Shown piece by piece: positions 40,887-52,570 of a DNA stretch of 64,000 nt. The number at the start of each line of letters is the position of its first letter. Positions within the stretch are counted from its first letter, which is position 1. This stretch comes from an uncultured Methanoregulaceae archaeon (lineage in GTDB: Archaea > Halobacteriota > Methanomicrobia > Methanomicrobiales > Methanospirillaceae): positions 320,001 to 384,000 of the forward strand of contig OY969564.1 in the NCBI GenBank assembly GCA_963701095.1, read 5' to 3'. Under the pieces are notes generated by a model. The model did not search any database and had not been told where the DNA came from. It was given only the letters and a program-made list of their open reading frames with translations. A program made the translations under genes and the position numbers.

Positions 40887-42104
40887 TTAGGTGGGTACTT
40901 GCATCTGATTCTGGGCCATCCGTTCCTGGGCGAGGCGAAGCATGATTTCAGGTTTGTCCTCAGAAATTCTTCGTAGTGTAGTGAATTGAGCTGCAGCATC
41001 ATCCGTGAGCTGGTGTCCGCATACATAGCAATAACCGGAAAATGGAGGGTTCACCGTTTGACAGTGTGGACATTGCTTAGGAGTCATTTGTTGTTCTTTT
41101 GCCTTTTTTTGCGGCTCAATGCCGTACAGGCGTAAAACTTCGTTATCAACATCTAAACCTGTCAGATGAAGGTATGTTTTAAACATTCGGGAATCAACGG
41201 AACCCCACATAATTTGACTAATAACGCTTTGCGCCATACCTTGTTTCATCAAGTCGGTTACCCGTGTGTGCCTGAAGAAGTGCGATGTAATATGTCTCTC
41301 GATACCAGCCCGTATTATGATACGGTCAATGGATCTCGATACTGAACCATGTGTTAGAGGCTTGTCACGCTTAGTCAGAAAAACCAATGCCGATCCTTCA
41401 GGTACTTCCGGATATATTGACTTCCATTTTGCCAAATATCCTACTGACATTATGAGCCGAACGTACCGCGGTTTATTGGTTTTAAAATTCACGTTAACAA
41501 CCACACCATAATCATCGAACTTGACCTGCGACCATGTAAGTGTTCCAAGTTCTCCGATTCTAAAGCCCCCTTCATAGAGCATCATAAAAAGGGCACGATC
41601 ACGGTCACTTAAACAGGCTTGGATAAATCGGGATAGCTCATCAGGTGTGATAAGATCGGCAGCCGTTTTTGTCATTGCATCCTTCGACGGATTTTTTATT
41701 GCCCTGACCTTCTCAAGTGGGATCGAAGAGTGGTTATTGATAATGGCCCAAGTATAAAATTGTTTTAAAATTTTTATAAAATCTACAATAGTGTTTTGCT
41801 TATACGGCTTGCCTTTTTCGTTGACTGCGTTTTTGATTGTTGGTATAGCCTTATGGAGATCAGTAATCGTATTTTTTGAATATTCACCAACAAACCGCCG
41901 CAGTGATACGAGCGTAAAAGTGAGTTTATTGACCCGTTGGATACTGATATCGTTCGTGGCCTGCATCTCAGCGCAAAAAGCCTTAATTAAATCTGCGTCC
42001 TGTTGTGTTAACCGACCTTTTGCGATGGCAGCATTGATTGAGTTGTCCGCATATTCGGGGCGTACCAGATTAAAGGCGGATGCAACAGGCTTGTCTCGGC
42101 TCAT
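40887..42104 (-). CDS. Tyrosine integrase with C-terminal Zn ribbon
   Basis: GGFRIGEL, FKT, HFFRH, IMWG, TYLHL; CPHC...CYVC. Confidence 0.95.
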   Translation of the reverse strand: MSRDKPVASAFNLVRPEYADNSINAAIAKGRLTQQDADLIKAFCAEMQATNDISIQRVNKLTFTLVSLRRFVGEYSKNTITDLHKAIPTIKNAVNEKGKPYKQNTIVDFIKILKQFYTWAIINNHSSIPLEKVRAIKNPSKDAMTKTAADLITPDELSRFIQACLSDRDRALFMMLYEGGFRIGELGTLTWSQVKFDDYGVVVNVNFKTNKPRYVRLIMSVGYLAKWKSIYPEVPEGSALVFLTKRDKPLTHGSVSRSIDRIIIRAGIERHITSHFFRHTRVTDLMKQGMAQSVISQIMWGSVDSRMFKTYLHLTGLDVDNEVLRLYGIEPQKKAKEQQMTPKQCPHCQTVNPPFSGYCYVCGHQLTDDAAAQFTTLRRISEDKPEIMLRLAQERMAQNQMQVPT

Positions 42105-42170
42105 CTGGAGCAAAATGAGCGTTAAGTTCTATATATGCTGTGTGGCAGAGACTCTAACCTAATGGCCGGA

Positions 42171-42242
42171 TGCGCCGACCGGGACTCGAACCCGGGTTTA
42201 GGCGTTGGCAACGCCTAGTGATAACCACTACACTATCGGCGC
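42171..42242 (-). tRNA. tRNA-Gly(GCC)
   Basis: 72 nt, GCGCCGA/TCGGCGC acceptor stem, AGGCG-TTGCCAA-CGCCT, GGTTCGAGTCC. Confidence 0.97.
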
Positions 42243-42416
42243 AGTGTGCTCTAAAGTGTGGTCATTCATAGAATTTAAGTATATCGACCTTTTGGGCATA
42301 AAACAGGCTTATTTGCTGGTTGGTGTCCTCGTAAGACACGTTTCAAATGTAAGAAGCATCTTTTCAGATTCAAATGCCATATCTTAAAGTAACGCAATCG
42401 CTCTATGTATTGATCA

Positions 42417-43040
42417 ATGATTCCGCTCTTCGTGGAGTGCACGGGAAAACGAGTGGTCATTTTCGGGGGAGGAGAAGTAGCGGCACGGAAAGCTGGGCAT
42501 TTTGCACGGGAGGCGGATGTCCTGATGGTAAGTCGGACATTCAGGCCGGCCTGTAGGATGCTCCCGGTCCAGCTTCAGACCCTGAACACTCGTGCGGCCC
42601 CGGATGCGGAACTTGGACTCCTCATTGCACCAGCATTTCTTGTGATTAGCGCGCTTTCCGATCGGTCCGAGAACGATCGGATCGGAGCAATCTGTAAGGA
42701 ACACGGTGTCCTCTTCAACAATGCTGATGGAAAACCTGGCGATGTTGTTATCCCAGCAATGACAACGGGAACCCATTATACCGTTGCCGTCAGCACCGGA
42801 AGCGGAAGCCCTGCTGTGTCGCGGTTCATCCGGGAGGAGATAGAGAAAAATTATCCGGCGATGGATACTATGGTTGCGCTTCAGCACCGGCTGCGTGCGA
42901 CGTTGAAAGAACGCATGACAACCCCGGAAGTGCGTAAAAAGATTCTCTGGTCAGTACTTCGTGACAAACACATCTGGTCAATTCTCAGTAAATCCCCGGA
43001 CAAAGCGTGGGAACGGGTAGAGGAAAAGTATCTTTTATGA
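42417..43040 (+). CDS. sirC: Precorrin-2 dehydrogenase / sirohydrochlorin ferrochelatase
   Basis: GGGEVAARK, VSTGSGSPAVSR. Confidence 0.9.
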   Translation: MIPLFVECTGKRVVIFGGGEVAARKAGHFAREADVLMVSRTFRPACRMLPVQLQTLNTRAAPDAELGLLIAPAFLVISALSDRSENDRIGAICKEHGVLFNNADGKPGDVVIPAMTTGTHYTVAVSTGSGSPAVSRFIREEIEKNYPAMDTMVALQHRLRATLKERMTTPEVRKKILWSVLRDKHIWSILSKSPDKAWERVEEKYLL

Positions 43041-44324
43041 ATAAGTATAGTTCGCGGATTGCAATTGCCGGGGTCAGCCACCATACCGCTAATGTAATGG
43101 CGCTTGAAGATTTCCGGTTTCCTGATGAACCGGCATTTCTTGTCGCAGCGAAAAAGAAATTCTCTGGCGTGCTTCTCCTCCAGACCTGCAACCGGGTCGA
43201 AGTAATTGTAGAAGGTAATGCCCATGCACTTCGGGATTTTCTTGAAAGCCAGTTGAGATCGGAATTCTTTCTTCTTGAAGGCCGCGAGGCTTTACACCAC
43301 CTTTTTTCTCTTGCAGCGGGTATCGAGTCAATGATTGTTGGTGAAGATCAGATCATCGGGCAGTTAAAAAAAGCAGTTGCAGATGGCGAAGTAGCTGGTA
43401 CGGCAAGCCCGTTTCTTGCACTCTGCGTTAACAAAGCCGTTCACGTTGGGGTGGGTGTCCGCAAGAATACCCGGATAAACCGGGGAGCAGTCTCAGTCGG
43501 CTCGGCCGCGGTTCTCCTTGCCGAAGCCGAAATCGGGACACTTGAGGGGCGCCACATTCTTGTTGTAGGGAGCGGTGAGATGGGTCTTCTTGTCGCACAA
43601 GCACTTGCAGCTGAAGCAGCTGACTGCAATGTATGTCGCAAACCGAACATTCGGCCGGGCAGTCAAACTCGCAGAAAAGATTGGCGGAAAAGCGGTACGG
43701 ATGAATGAATTGTATCATTACATCACGCTCTCTGATGTGGTGATTTCCTGCACATCGGCTCCACATCCGGTCATCCATAAGGAAGCGTTAAAAGAGGCGA
43801 TGCAGGCACGCTGCTGGCCGGTCGAGGGGCATCCTCGGCCGCTTATCCTGATCGATATAGCCCAGCCCCGGGATGTCGAAGAAGGTTCCGGTGCAATAGA
43901 TGGTGTCCGGCTCTTTACCATCGACGACCTACGGCGGGTCAACGAACAGACCATGAGCACGCGAAGGGTTGAAGCTGAACGGGCAGCAGACTTTGTAAAT
44001 GAAGAACTAGATCTCTTTATTCGGCAGCTGCACCGAAAATCTGCTGACGATTGTATAGCCGCCCTTCACAGTTGGGCGGAATCTGTCCGCCTGCGTGAAC
44101 GAAACAAGGCGCTTGCACGACTTGGCGATACCGATGAACGGACCACAGAAATAATCGACGATCTCTCAAGAGTCCTCACAAAGAAAATTCTTACCGATGC
44201 AACGGCATCCATCCGGGCGTGTGCGGAAGAAGGGGATCATGGCTCTGCGGAAGCATTAGTCCATGCTCTCACCCGGGGAACGACTTCAACGGAACCACCT
44301 AAAAATAAAGGATCGACCGAATAA
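43037..44324 (+). CDS. hemA: Glutamyl-tRNA reductase, frameshift near 43610
   Basis: QTCNRVE, ESMIVGEDQI, GSGEMG, ANRT, DIAQPRDV. Confidence 0.95.
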
Positions 44325-44396
44325 ATAGCCGGGCCACTACGGAAAAATTTCCCGGCAAATTCAGATAAAAAGAATACGTTGGGATAATTTCTGTGA

Positions 44397-45059
44397 TTAC
44401 CCGATTTTACTGTATGCCGTTTCAGCAAGTGTCTTAAGGGTACTATATTGTGCACCGGTTCCGGTAATCCTTATTACTTCAAGGATGTCGCCCTTTCCAA
44501 AGACCACTTCGCTAAATCCTATTGGAGGCGGAGCTGTGGCATTAGTGGACGAGGAAGACAAGAATGGATTATTTTCTGTTTTTGCAGTTGCTGCGTTTGC
44601 CATTGCTGAAAAAGCTTGGGTTTCGGGTCCGGTGTTTGGTGATGGCAAGTCATTATAGGAGAACCCTGTTACTTGCCTGTCGTTGACATTAATAAGTGAA
44701 ACGAGACTAGGAATATTTCCTGCCGGATATTCCGTAATAGTCTGTGTTATGACAGTCGGATTTACAGTTTCGTTCCCAGATGACGAGTATGTAGCAACGT
44801 ACCCTCCCACCCAACCGAGATCTTTTGCTTCTCCACCGAGCTCACTTATTGATTTCTGTCGACCGGATACTTGGATAAAGCCTGGTGGTAGATCCGCTTG
44901 AGTAAACACAAGTCGTGCAAGTGATACCGAGTTTGCCGCAGAGCCGGTTGCCGGTGCTAATGTAACATTTCCCGGAGAACCGGAAGGTGAGACACAACCG
45001 GCACACACGGTAATAGCACATGCCACAAAAATATAGACGAAAAATGCAATTCTCTGCAT
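44397..45059 (-). CDS. Lipoprotein (paralog of 1655-2260)
   Basis: CAGC lipobox; DLPPGF, GWVGGY, LKTLAETAYSKI. Confidence 0.8.
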   Translation of the reverse strand: MQRIAFFVYIFVACAITVCAGCVSPSGSPGNVTLAPATGSAANSVSLARLVFTQADLPPGFIQVSGRQKSISELGGEAKDLGWVGGYVATYSSSGNETVNPTVITQTITEYPAGNIPSLVSLINVNDRQVTGFSYNDLPSPNTGPETQAFSAMANAATAKTENNPFLSSSSTNATAPPPIGFSEVVFGKGDILEVIRITGTGAQYSTLKTLAETAYSKIG

Positions 45060-45198
45060 GGGAAGTAGTAAAGTCGGAAACAGGATATAACTTTCCGCTT
45101 ATGCTTTCCGGAAACCGGGATAAATTTCTCCTGATAATATAACCATAAATACCATGCATCTGCAAACTGTACTTGATAACGTCCAAGGTATGGTGCCC

Positions 45199-46176
45199 AT
45201 GTTCCTTCAGCGACGAATGCGGCGGGTAAGGTCCCGCACTATCCAACCCCTTCTGCGTGAAACAACCCTGACAAAAAACGACTTCGTCGCTCCCCTTTTT
45301 GTAGATGAAACGGCAGCGGCCCCGGTGCCTATTGAGTCCATGCCCGGGCAGTCCCGGTATCCTGTTAGTTCTATAGCTACAGTTGCCGGAAAACTGTGGG
45401 AACGGGGTATCCGGGCTGTTCTTCTTTTTGGAATTCCAGCCCAAAAGGATGAAGCAGCAACTGGTTCCTATGACCCCGAAGGAATAGTGCAGCAGGCAGT
45501 GCGGCGGATAAAATCTGAATATCCTGACATGGTGGTCATAACCGATGTCTGTGCCTGCGAATACACAAGCCATGGTCATTGTGGAATTGTCGGTGGGACC
45601 CGGTGTGGGGGAAAGGACCTCTTAAATGACGAGTCCCTACTTCTCATGAACCGGATCGCAGTCAGCCATGCTGAGGCAGGAGCGGATATTGTTGCCCCGT
45701 CTTGTATGCTTGACGGGATGGTAGCGTCGATCCGGGCTGCGCTCGATGACAGTGGATATGAGGATGTCCTGATCATGTCGTATTCGACCAAATTTTCGTC
45801 AGCACTCTATGGACCGTTCCGGGAAGCTGCGGAATCAGGGTTCACGTTTGGTGATCGCACGACATACCAGATGAACCCCGCAAATGCCCGTGAGGCCTTC
45901 CTTGAGTCACGACTTGATATGGAGGAGGGGGCAGATATTTTGATGGTCAAGCCTGCAGGACCCTACCTTGATATCCTCGCTGACATTGCAAAATTAGGTC
46001 TCCCCGTGGCGGGTTACCAGGTTAGTGGAGAATACTCAATGATTAAGGCTGCATCGGAACGGGGATGGATTAAGGAAAGGGAAACGGTGCTTGAGCTCCT
46101 TACCTGTATCAAACGGGCCGGGGCTGATCTTATTATCACCTATTTTGCATACGATGCCTGCGGGTGGCTGGAATGA
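45199..46176 (+). CDS. hemB: Porphobilinogen synthase
   Basis: [33 protein letters not shown]. Confidence 0.97.
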   Translation: MFLQRRMRRVRSRTIQPLLRETTLTKNDFVAPLFVDETAAAPVPIESMPGQSRYPVSSIATVAGKLWERGIRAVLLFGIPAQKDEAATGSYDPEGIVQQAVRRIKSEYPDMVVITDVCACEYTSHGHCGIVGGTRCGGKDLLNDESLLLMNRIAVSHAEAGADIVAPSCMLDGMVASIRAALDDSGYEDVLIMSYSTKFSSALYGPFREAAESGFTFGDRTTYQMNPANAREAFLESRLDMEEGADILMVKPAGPYLDILADIAKLGLPVAGYQVSGEYSMIKAASERGWIKERETVLELLTCIKRAGADLIITYFAYDACGWLE

Positions 46177-47409
46177 AAAGTCAGGATCTATTTGATCAAG
46201 CCAGAACTCTTATACCGGGCGGTGTCTCAAGCCCCGTCAGGGCAATAAAACCGTATCCGTTTTATACGGCCTACGCTCAGGGAGCACATCTTTCAACAGT
46301 CGATGGTTCAACCCTCATTGACTGCTGCATGGCATACGGACCACTGCTTCTCGGTCATGCACACCCGGAGATCAAAAAGGCAATTACGGATCAGCTTGAA
46401 AAAGGGTGGCTGTATGGTACTCCAATATCGAATGAACCTGAGTTTGCCCGACTCATCACCAGTGACCACCCTGGCATGGATATGGTCCGTTTTGTGTCGA
46501 GCGGTTCGGAAGCGACGATGGCCGCGATCCGGCTTGCCCGGGGTTTTACCTGTAAATCAGATATCATAAAAATAGAGGGAGGATTTCACGGCGCACACGA
46601 TGGTGTTCTGGTAAAGGCCGGTTCAGGAGCCACGACAATGGGTGTTCCTGATTCTGCCGGGTACCGCCGGCCGTGGTTGCCCACACCCGGCAGCTTCCGT
46701 ATAATGATGCAGAAGCGCTTGAATCTCTCCTTGCACGGGATCATGATATTGCTGCCCTTATTATTGAACCGGTCCTTGGAAATATCGGGCCTGTGCTCCC
46801 GGAAGAGCGTTACCTGAAAGATATCCGAGAGATTACCAAAGCCTACGGTGTCCTTTTAATCTTCGATGAAGTAATTACCGGCTATCGCCTGGGTATTGGC
46901 GGGGCTCAGGTAATGTTTGGTGTGAAACCGGATATTACAACATTTGGGAAGATTATCGGTGGCGGTCTTCCCATTGGTGCATTCTGCGGTCGCCGGGAGA
47001 TAATGTCGCTTGTTGCGCCACAGGGCCCGGTATACCAGGCCGGCACTTTCTCGGGTAATCCCCTCTCACTTGCAGCAGGACTCGCAACTATCCACTGGAT
47101 CCATAATCACCCTGAGATATACCGGGATCTTGATGAAAAAACCGGGCTATAGAAGAATCCGTGGGGAATGGAACGGGATCGTTTGTACGCATTGGTTCAA
47201 TGTTCAAGTATTTCTTCCGGGAAAAAGTACCGAAGAATTACACCGAAGTTAAGGAATGCGATACCGCTGCTTTTGGCAGATTCTGGCAGAACACACTTTC
47301 CCGCGGAATTTTCCTTCCGCCTTCACAGTTTGAAACAAACTTCCTTTCGGTGGCACATTCCAATAAAGATCTTGAATCTATTGCTGGGGGGTATGCTGCG
47401 TGTCTGTAA
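46173..47409 (+). CDS. hemL: Glutamate-1-semialdehyde aminomutase, frameshifts near 46660 and 47145
   Basis: [46 protein letters not shown]. Confidence 0.95.
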
Positions 47410-48291
47410 GGGTCGGGACCCGGGGCAGCAGGCTCGCTCTTGCCCAGACGGCGACCGTCATAAAAAAGATCCAATCGTTAGGTATTGAAGTTGAACAAAA
47501 AATTATTAACACGCAGGGCGATGAAGTAACTGGTATCCCTCTCCACGCGATTGGAAAACAGGGAGTTTTTGTCCGTGCCCTTGACGATGCTATACTCAAT
47601 AACGAAATTGACTGTGCTGTACATAGCATGAAAGATATCCCTGCTCTTCGTCCTTCAGGTTTGATCACGTCAGCGATCCTTCCCCGGGATTCCCCTGCCG
47701 ATTTTCTTGCTTATTCCGGTCCTGTTTCATCAGTCAGGATCGTCGGCACTTCAAGCACACGGCGGCGGGCCCAGCTCCTGCGACATGATCCAGGTCTTGA
47801 AATTAAAGATCTCCGGGGGAATGTCGATACAAGAGTCAAAAAACTCAGCGAAGGTCAATTCCATGCAATCGTCCTTGCAGAAGCAGGGCTTTCACGGCTA
47901 GGCATCCGGATTCCGGGTGACCGGCTTCCCCCGGAAAAATTTGTTCCGACAGCAAACCAGGGTACTATCGCTGTCGTCAGCCGGGCAGATCCTTCCCTAA
48001 TCGAGGGTACTATCCTCTCTCGATCATCCTGTCACCCGGAAGGATGTTGCCATTGAGAGGGCCGTCATGGAACAGATCGGTGCCGGCTGCTTCACACCTA
48101 TGGGCATTTATTGTAAAAATGGCCACCTTATTGCTGAGGTTCTTTCTCTCGATGGAAAACGGACGGAACGTATCGAAAAGAACATCGGAACATTAGAAGA
48201 TGCACGTGCAGAGGGAACGGCGTTTCGATCAGTGGCAGGCGACCTGATTGCTGAGGCATATCACACATTAGGGATTTCTTATGAACGGTAA
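47400..48291 (+). CDS. hemC: Hydroxymethylbilane synthase, frameshift near 48005
   Basis: GTRGSRLALAQ, AVHSMKD, GTSSTRR, LRGNVDTR, GAGC. Confidence 0.95.
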
Positions 48292-49045
48292 AGTGTATCT
48301 TGTTGGCTCAGGCCCTGGCGGTACAGGACTTCTGGCGCAGCATGCAGCGGAAGTGATTGAAATAGCAGATGTCATCTTTTATGACCAGCTACCTGGTGAA
48401 GAAATCCTTTCGTCTCTCCCGGTAAATGTCGAGAAGATTGACTGCGGAAAATACGGTGGCCGGCATACACTCGAGCAGCAGGAGATAGAGTCCCTGATGG
48501 TTGAGCAGGCAAAAAAAGGGAAAATTGTTGTCCGACTAAAGGGAGGCGATCCCTTCCTTTTTGGCCGGGGCGGAGAAGAGCTGGAGACCGTACAGGCCGC
48601 CGGTATCGCGGTCGAGATGGTGCCGGGCATTTCCAGTGCACTTGCAGTGCCGGCGTCGGTGGGTATTCCGGTTACACACCGAAAATATTCCTCTCAGGTT
48701 ACCATTCTCACAGGTCACGAAGATCCTACAAAACCGGAACCTGCGCTTGACTGGCAGTTACTTGCCAGAAGCCGGGGGACAATAGTAATCCTTATGGGGG
48801 TCGCAAATCTTGGTAATATTGCACGGGCCCTGCTGGACAACGGTAAAAATGGAAACATACCGGTCGCTATAATCGAACGGGGTCTGCGAAAAGACCGCCG
48901 GGTTACAACCGGTCCCCTTTCAGACATTGGAAAAATTGCACTCCAGGCTGAAGTAAAACCACCGGCCGTCATTGTTATCGGGGAAGTTGTCCGGTTATAT
49001 GATCCAAGGCAACCGGATCTTATTCCTCCGGGGGAGAGAAAATGA
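48281..49045 (+). CDS. cobA: Uroporphyrinogen-III C-methyltransferase
   Basis: VGSGPG, RLKGGDPFLFGRGGEE, PGISSA. Confidence 0.95.
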   Translation: MNGKVYLVGSGPGGTGLLAQHAAEVIEIADVIFYDQLPGEEILSSLPVNVEKIDCGKYGGRHTLEQQEIESLMVEQAKKGKIVVRLKGGDPFLFGRGGEELETVQAAGIAVEMVPGISSALAVPASVGIPVTHRKYSSQVTILTGHEDPTKPEPALDWQLLARSRGTIVILMGVANLGNIARALLDNGKNGNIPVAIIERGLRKDRRVTTGPLSDIGKIALQAEVKPPAVIVIGEVVRLYDPRQPDLIPPGERK

Positions 49046-49497
49046 TTGAGCAGATTGACAGGTTTGAACGCATAATATATACCATCCTTATTGTCCTTCT
49101 CGGTGTTGTGCTTATCTTTGCTTTGATCGGCATGGTTTATCTGATTATATCAAGCATTATTTCACCGTCTATAGGACTACTGTCTAACACGAATATTGTT
49201 TCAATCCTTGGCTCATTTTTACTTGTGCTCATCACTGTCGAGCTTTTGGATACGATGAAGGCGTATATTGCAGACAATGTAGTACATGTTGAAGTGGTTG
49301 TGCTTTTGGCAATCATCGCAATCGCGCGGAAAGTAATTCTGCTGGACCCGGCATCAGCTGATTCCACGGAACTTATCGGGTTCGGCGTGATTATTGTCGG
49401 GCTTGCAGCTGCCTATTACCTCATTAAAAAAGCGGGTGTTCAAATAGGATATGGCTTTAACAAACCCCCTCAGGAAAAGCATCAGGTCAAAGAATAA
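49042..49497 (+). CDS. PsiE-family membrane protein
   Basis: LLVLITVELLDT, AIIAIARKVI. Confidence 0.85.
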   Translation: MIEQIDRFERIIYTILIVLLGVVLIFALIGMVYLIISSIISPSIGLLSNTNIVSILGSFLLVLITVELLDTMKAYIADNVVHVEVVVLLAIIAIARKVILLDPASADSTELIGFGVIIVGLAAAYYLIKKAGVQIGYGFNKPPQEKHQVKE

Positions 49498-49622
49498 CCT
49501 GTAGTCTGAAATATTTCAGGTCGTTCAACATTTTTTGGTAATATGATGATATACCAATTTTTCGTCAGGGAAAACAAGTCTGTTTTATTCAACCAATTCA
49601 ATGGTATTAATCCAGCACGCCT

Positions 49623-50762
49623 TTAAAAGATGGATTTCCCGCCAAACCGGAAGCAGCCGTCCGGGATTTCAATCTCAAAACGCACACCACTACCAAAGTT
49701 CCCACATTCCCTGATAGACAACCCGGTAATCGAGAGAATTTCCCGGCTGATAAACAATCCAAGCCCGGTGTTTTTACCAAAACCTTTTTCGAATATCTTC
49801 TTTTTATCTGTTTCAGGGACGCCTGCTCCATCATCCTCATAAATGAGTAGTAATCTAGATCCTGATTTTTCGTATTTGACTGTAACCTGCCGGACATGTT
49901 CGCCATGCCGTATCGAATTATCAACCATGTTCTCGAAAACTTTTTCAAGGAGTGGATCAGCGAATATCTCGAGATTTCCGGTCAAGATGCGGAGCTCGAT
50001 ACCAGCTCGCACGAGAATTGGTGAAATAAGGGCTATAATCTGCTCTATATTATTCCACTGGGCTGCTTTTACACCGATATCCTCATATGTCCTAGTGAAC
50101 TCTATCTGACGAAGGATGTTGTTTGCAACAATTTCCTCTTTGTCGAAATTTGTTTTCATCTCTACGCTCTGATCAATCATTTTGGAGAGCTCGATGTACG
50201 CTAAGAGTGCCGTCAACTGGTTTTTGATATCATGTCGGGTAATGCTCGACAACAGGTTGAGTTTTTTATTTGCGTTAACAAACGCTTTCTGTGTACTATC
50301 AAGCTGCGAGTTCAGAGCCGTCAATTCCCTATTCTTGGCAAGCACTTGTTTATGGTACCGTTTTATTTCCTCAACAAGCTTCCAGATAACGATAGCAACA
50401 ATCAGAAGAATCAAAGCGCGAAGGATCGGTTCGTACGGGATAATATGCGGTTCTAGTACCATGCTAATGAAAATCTGGAGACCGCCAAAGAATAGGGCAG
50501 TTGCGATTGCCGCCCTTCCATACCAGAGCCCGGCAACTGCTACAATCAGGTAATAAAACTGGGTATATACAACAGTTATGCCGAATATGAGATGGACTAC
50601 ACTTTCAAGAAGGATGCCCGAAAGAATGAGAACGGAAAAAACAACAAGTTTTAGTTTCTCTTGTCCCTGCGGTACAACTTCCGATGTTTTGATCAGGTTC
50701 AACACGTTTACTCCAGCAATAATACCCACTAGGTTTGTTATCATGTGCCATATATATCTCAC
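49623..50762 (-). CDS. Membrane sensor histidine kinase
   Basis: ITRHDIKN, NMVDNSIRHG, DDGAG, GLGL. Confidence 0.93.
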   Translation of the reverse strand: MRYIWHMITNLVGIIAGVNVLNLIKTSEVVPQGQEKLKLVVFSVLILSGILLESVVHLIFGITVVYTQFYYLIVAVAGLWYGRAAIATALFFGGLQIFISMVLEPHIIPYEPILRALILLIVAIVIWKLVEEIKRYHKQVLAKNRELTALNSQLDSTQKAFVNANKKLNLLSSITRHDIKNQLTALLAYIELSKMIDQSVEMKTNFDKEEIVANNILRQIEFTRTYEDIGVKAAQWNNIEQIIALISPILVRAGIELRILTGNLEIFADPLLEKVFENMVDNSIRHGEHVRQVTVKYEKSGSRLLLIYEDDGAGVPETDKKKIFEKGFGKNTGLGLFISREILSITGLSIRECGNFGSGVRFEIEIPDGCFRFGGKSIF

Positions 50763-50889
50763 GAAACAATTCGAAATGATTAATTCGCTTGCTTAAACTT
50801 ACTGTTATCAATTAAGGTAACTTTATATCATTTCTCTGGGGTCTGGCTTATATAAAATCCAGATTATTGAACAGGACTAAAAGAATGCA

Positions 50890-51387
50890 TTATCGATCGT
50901 TTTTCAGATTTTCAAAACTATCCTTACTCCGGAGCAAAAACGGATTCAGCTCAGGGATCTCATCTATCCAATCCAGATCTTCCACGCCGGACTGGTGGGG
51001 TTGATAATTGGCTTTGCTTATATTCTTTAAGTCCGCTCGAGGTACTAGGTTGCCTAGACAGAATTCTCGGGAATTCAACGGTTGATCTCCGGCAATAGGC
51101 ATGGAAAGAGGGTTCATTGCGGTATTGTTGTCATGCCAGAATGAATCATTATGGTCAAAATACCATGATCGTAACTGCTTGATATATTCAGCAGATGCAG
51201 GCCGGTAGAGATACTCAGGAATATCGAATTCTGTCTGCTGGACTTTTCTCTTAACCTTTGACCTGCCAAGTATGGCAGGAATTATAACAAACAGGAATTC
51301 AATAGATGCAAATAATACGATGAAGAAAAAAAGAACCAAATATCCGAAATTTACAGCCATATTTATATTATTATACTTCATCTCCAA
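50890..51387 (-). CDS. Hypothetical protein with N-terminal TM helix
   Basis: ORF track; hydrophobic N-terminus. Confidence 0.5.
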   Translation of the reverse strand: MEMKYNNINMAVNFGYLVLFFFIVLFASIEFLFVIIPAILGRSKVKRKVQQTEFDIPEYLYRPASAEYIKQLRSWYFDHNDSFWHDNNTAMNPLSMPIAGDQPLNSREFCLGNLVPRADLKNISKANYQPHQSGVEDLDWIDEIPELNPFLLRSKDSFENLKNDR

Positions 51388-51581
51388 TTAAGGACTTTTC
51401 GGTTTACTCTCGGAAATAACTATCTTTTGAACCCATATTGAGCCTTTCCTTTCTTTGGGATAAAAATCAGGATGTAGCTTATCAATATTTCACTACGTCA
51501 ATCCCTTTCTCCCGGCTAAAATGAGATATATTTTATTATTCATTATCTTCTCCGAAGTGTTCGGAAAATATACTCCTTCAA

Positions 51582-51666
51582 AAAAGGGTAGCCAAGTCAG
51601 GTTAAAGGTGTTAGGTTGAGTGCCTAATCTCGCAGGTGTTCTTGGCTTTGAATCCCTTCCCTTACA
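51582..51666 (+). pseudogene. Degenerate tRNA-Leu(GAG) copy
   Basis: Ungapped 71/85 match to the tRNA at 3814-3898; outer acceptor stem and T-arm broken. Confidence 0.85.
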
Positions 51667-51808
51667 TTTTTTCCGTCAGTTCTTGAACATATTCTCTGGG
51701 ACAAGATTCTCCCCAAGAATGGTATGGAAATGCAATTGAGTAGGCCTCATTCGTTATCGGTGTTTTGGATCTGATTTTCCTATGGCAATTTTCCAGAGCA
51801 GGAAAAAA

Positions 51809-52570
51809 TTACTGGTAGTAGGTGGGTTTATCCGTTTCGGTACCGGGAGCCGTGCCAATTGTTTTACTTGGGTAATACTGGAACGACATGATCATGTTTT
51901 CATAGGTCCCCCGGTTTATGATGCCACCAGGAGTTACCGAGTAAATCATTTCCGGAAGATATCCCTTTTGGTTTGCATTTGCCTGGTTGCCGACATAGAT
52001 GACGGTTTCGTCCGGTGTTCCCGTAAAGGGATCGGTCCTGGTATCAAACCGGGTGTAGGTGATCCCGTTCAAAGATGTAACCGTAGATTCATCAAATACC
52101 GTACCGGAATTTCGCAGGAAAGCTCTGAGATTCTGACTTACGTCAAGAGAGGTGGAATAGGAGAAGATGGTCAACGAATCGGCAAGTTCAGAATAATTTC
52201 CGCTTTGGTCATCAATTATCTGACTGCTTCCTTGCGTAGCGGGGTTATATATGGTTGTTTTATAGTCGTTGGTGTACCCGGTTGAAATCACCCTGATTGA
52301 AGTGCCTGTATACCCTTCCGGTGCTGAGATGGTAAAGAGCAGAGGCGTGTCTTTGATGGTTGTCGGGAGGGAAATGGCTGGGGCAATTGTTGTTGGTGCG
52401 GGAACCGGGATTGTAGAGACAGGTGTCGGAACTGCAGTTGGTATTTCGGTTGGGACAATCGTTTGCGAAGGTATAGGTGTCGGTTGAGACTGAGGAGTCT
52501 GGGTGCACCCGGCGGTTGCAAGCAGAACCACTATCGCACATGAAAGTGCGACAAAAATCGAAATTTTCAT
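51809..52570 (-). CDS. Lipoprotein with Pro/Thr linker
   Basis: TAGC lipobox. Confidence 0.8.
   Translation of the reverse strand: MKISIFVALSCAIVVLLATAGCTQTPQSQPTPIPSQTIVPTEIPTAVPTPVSTIPVPAPTTIAPAISLPTTIKDTPLLFTISAPEGYTGTSIRVISTGYTNDYKTTIYNPATQGSSQIIDDQSGNYSELADSLTIFSYSTSLDVSQNLRAFLRNSGTVFDESTVTSLNGITYTRFDTRTDPFTGTPDETVIYVGNQANANQKGYLPEMIYSVTPGGIINRGTYENMIMSFQYYPSKTIGTAPGTETDKPTYYQ

Larger units (their letters stand above)
27146..42183. mobile_element. ~15 kb integrative defence island at tRNA-Gly(GCC)
   Basis: Direct repeat GGATGCGCCGACCGGG at 27146-27161 and 42168-42183 (tRNA 3' end), with a tyrosine integrase next to the tRNA. Confidence 0.9.

Noticed and set aside
12108..48291. Frameshifts in alaS, hisH, hemA, hemL (x2), hemC and others as pseudogenes or programmed frameshifting
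   Set aside because: They hit essential genes whose two halves are both fully conserved and share no common slippery motif. Sequencing indels are the simplest explanation.
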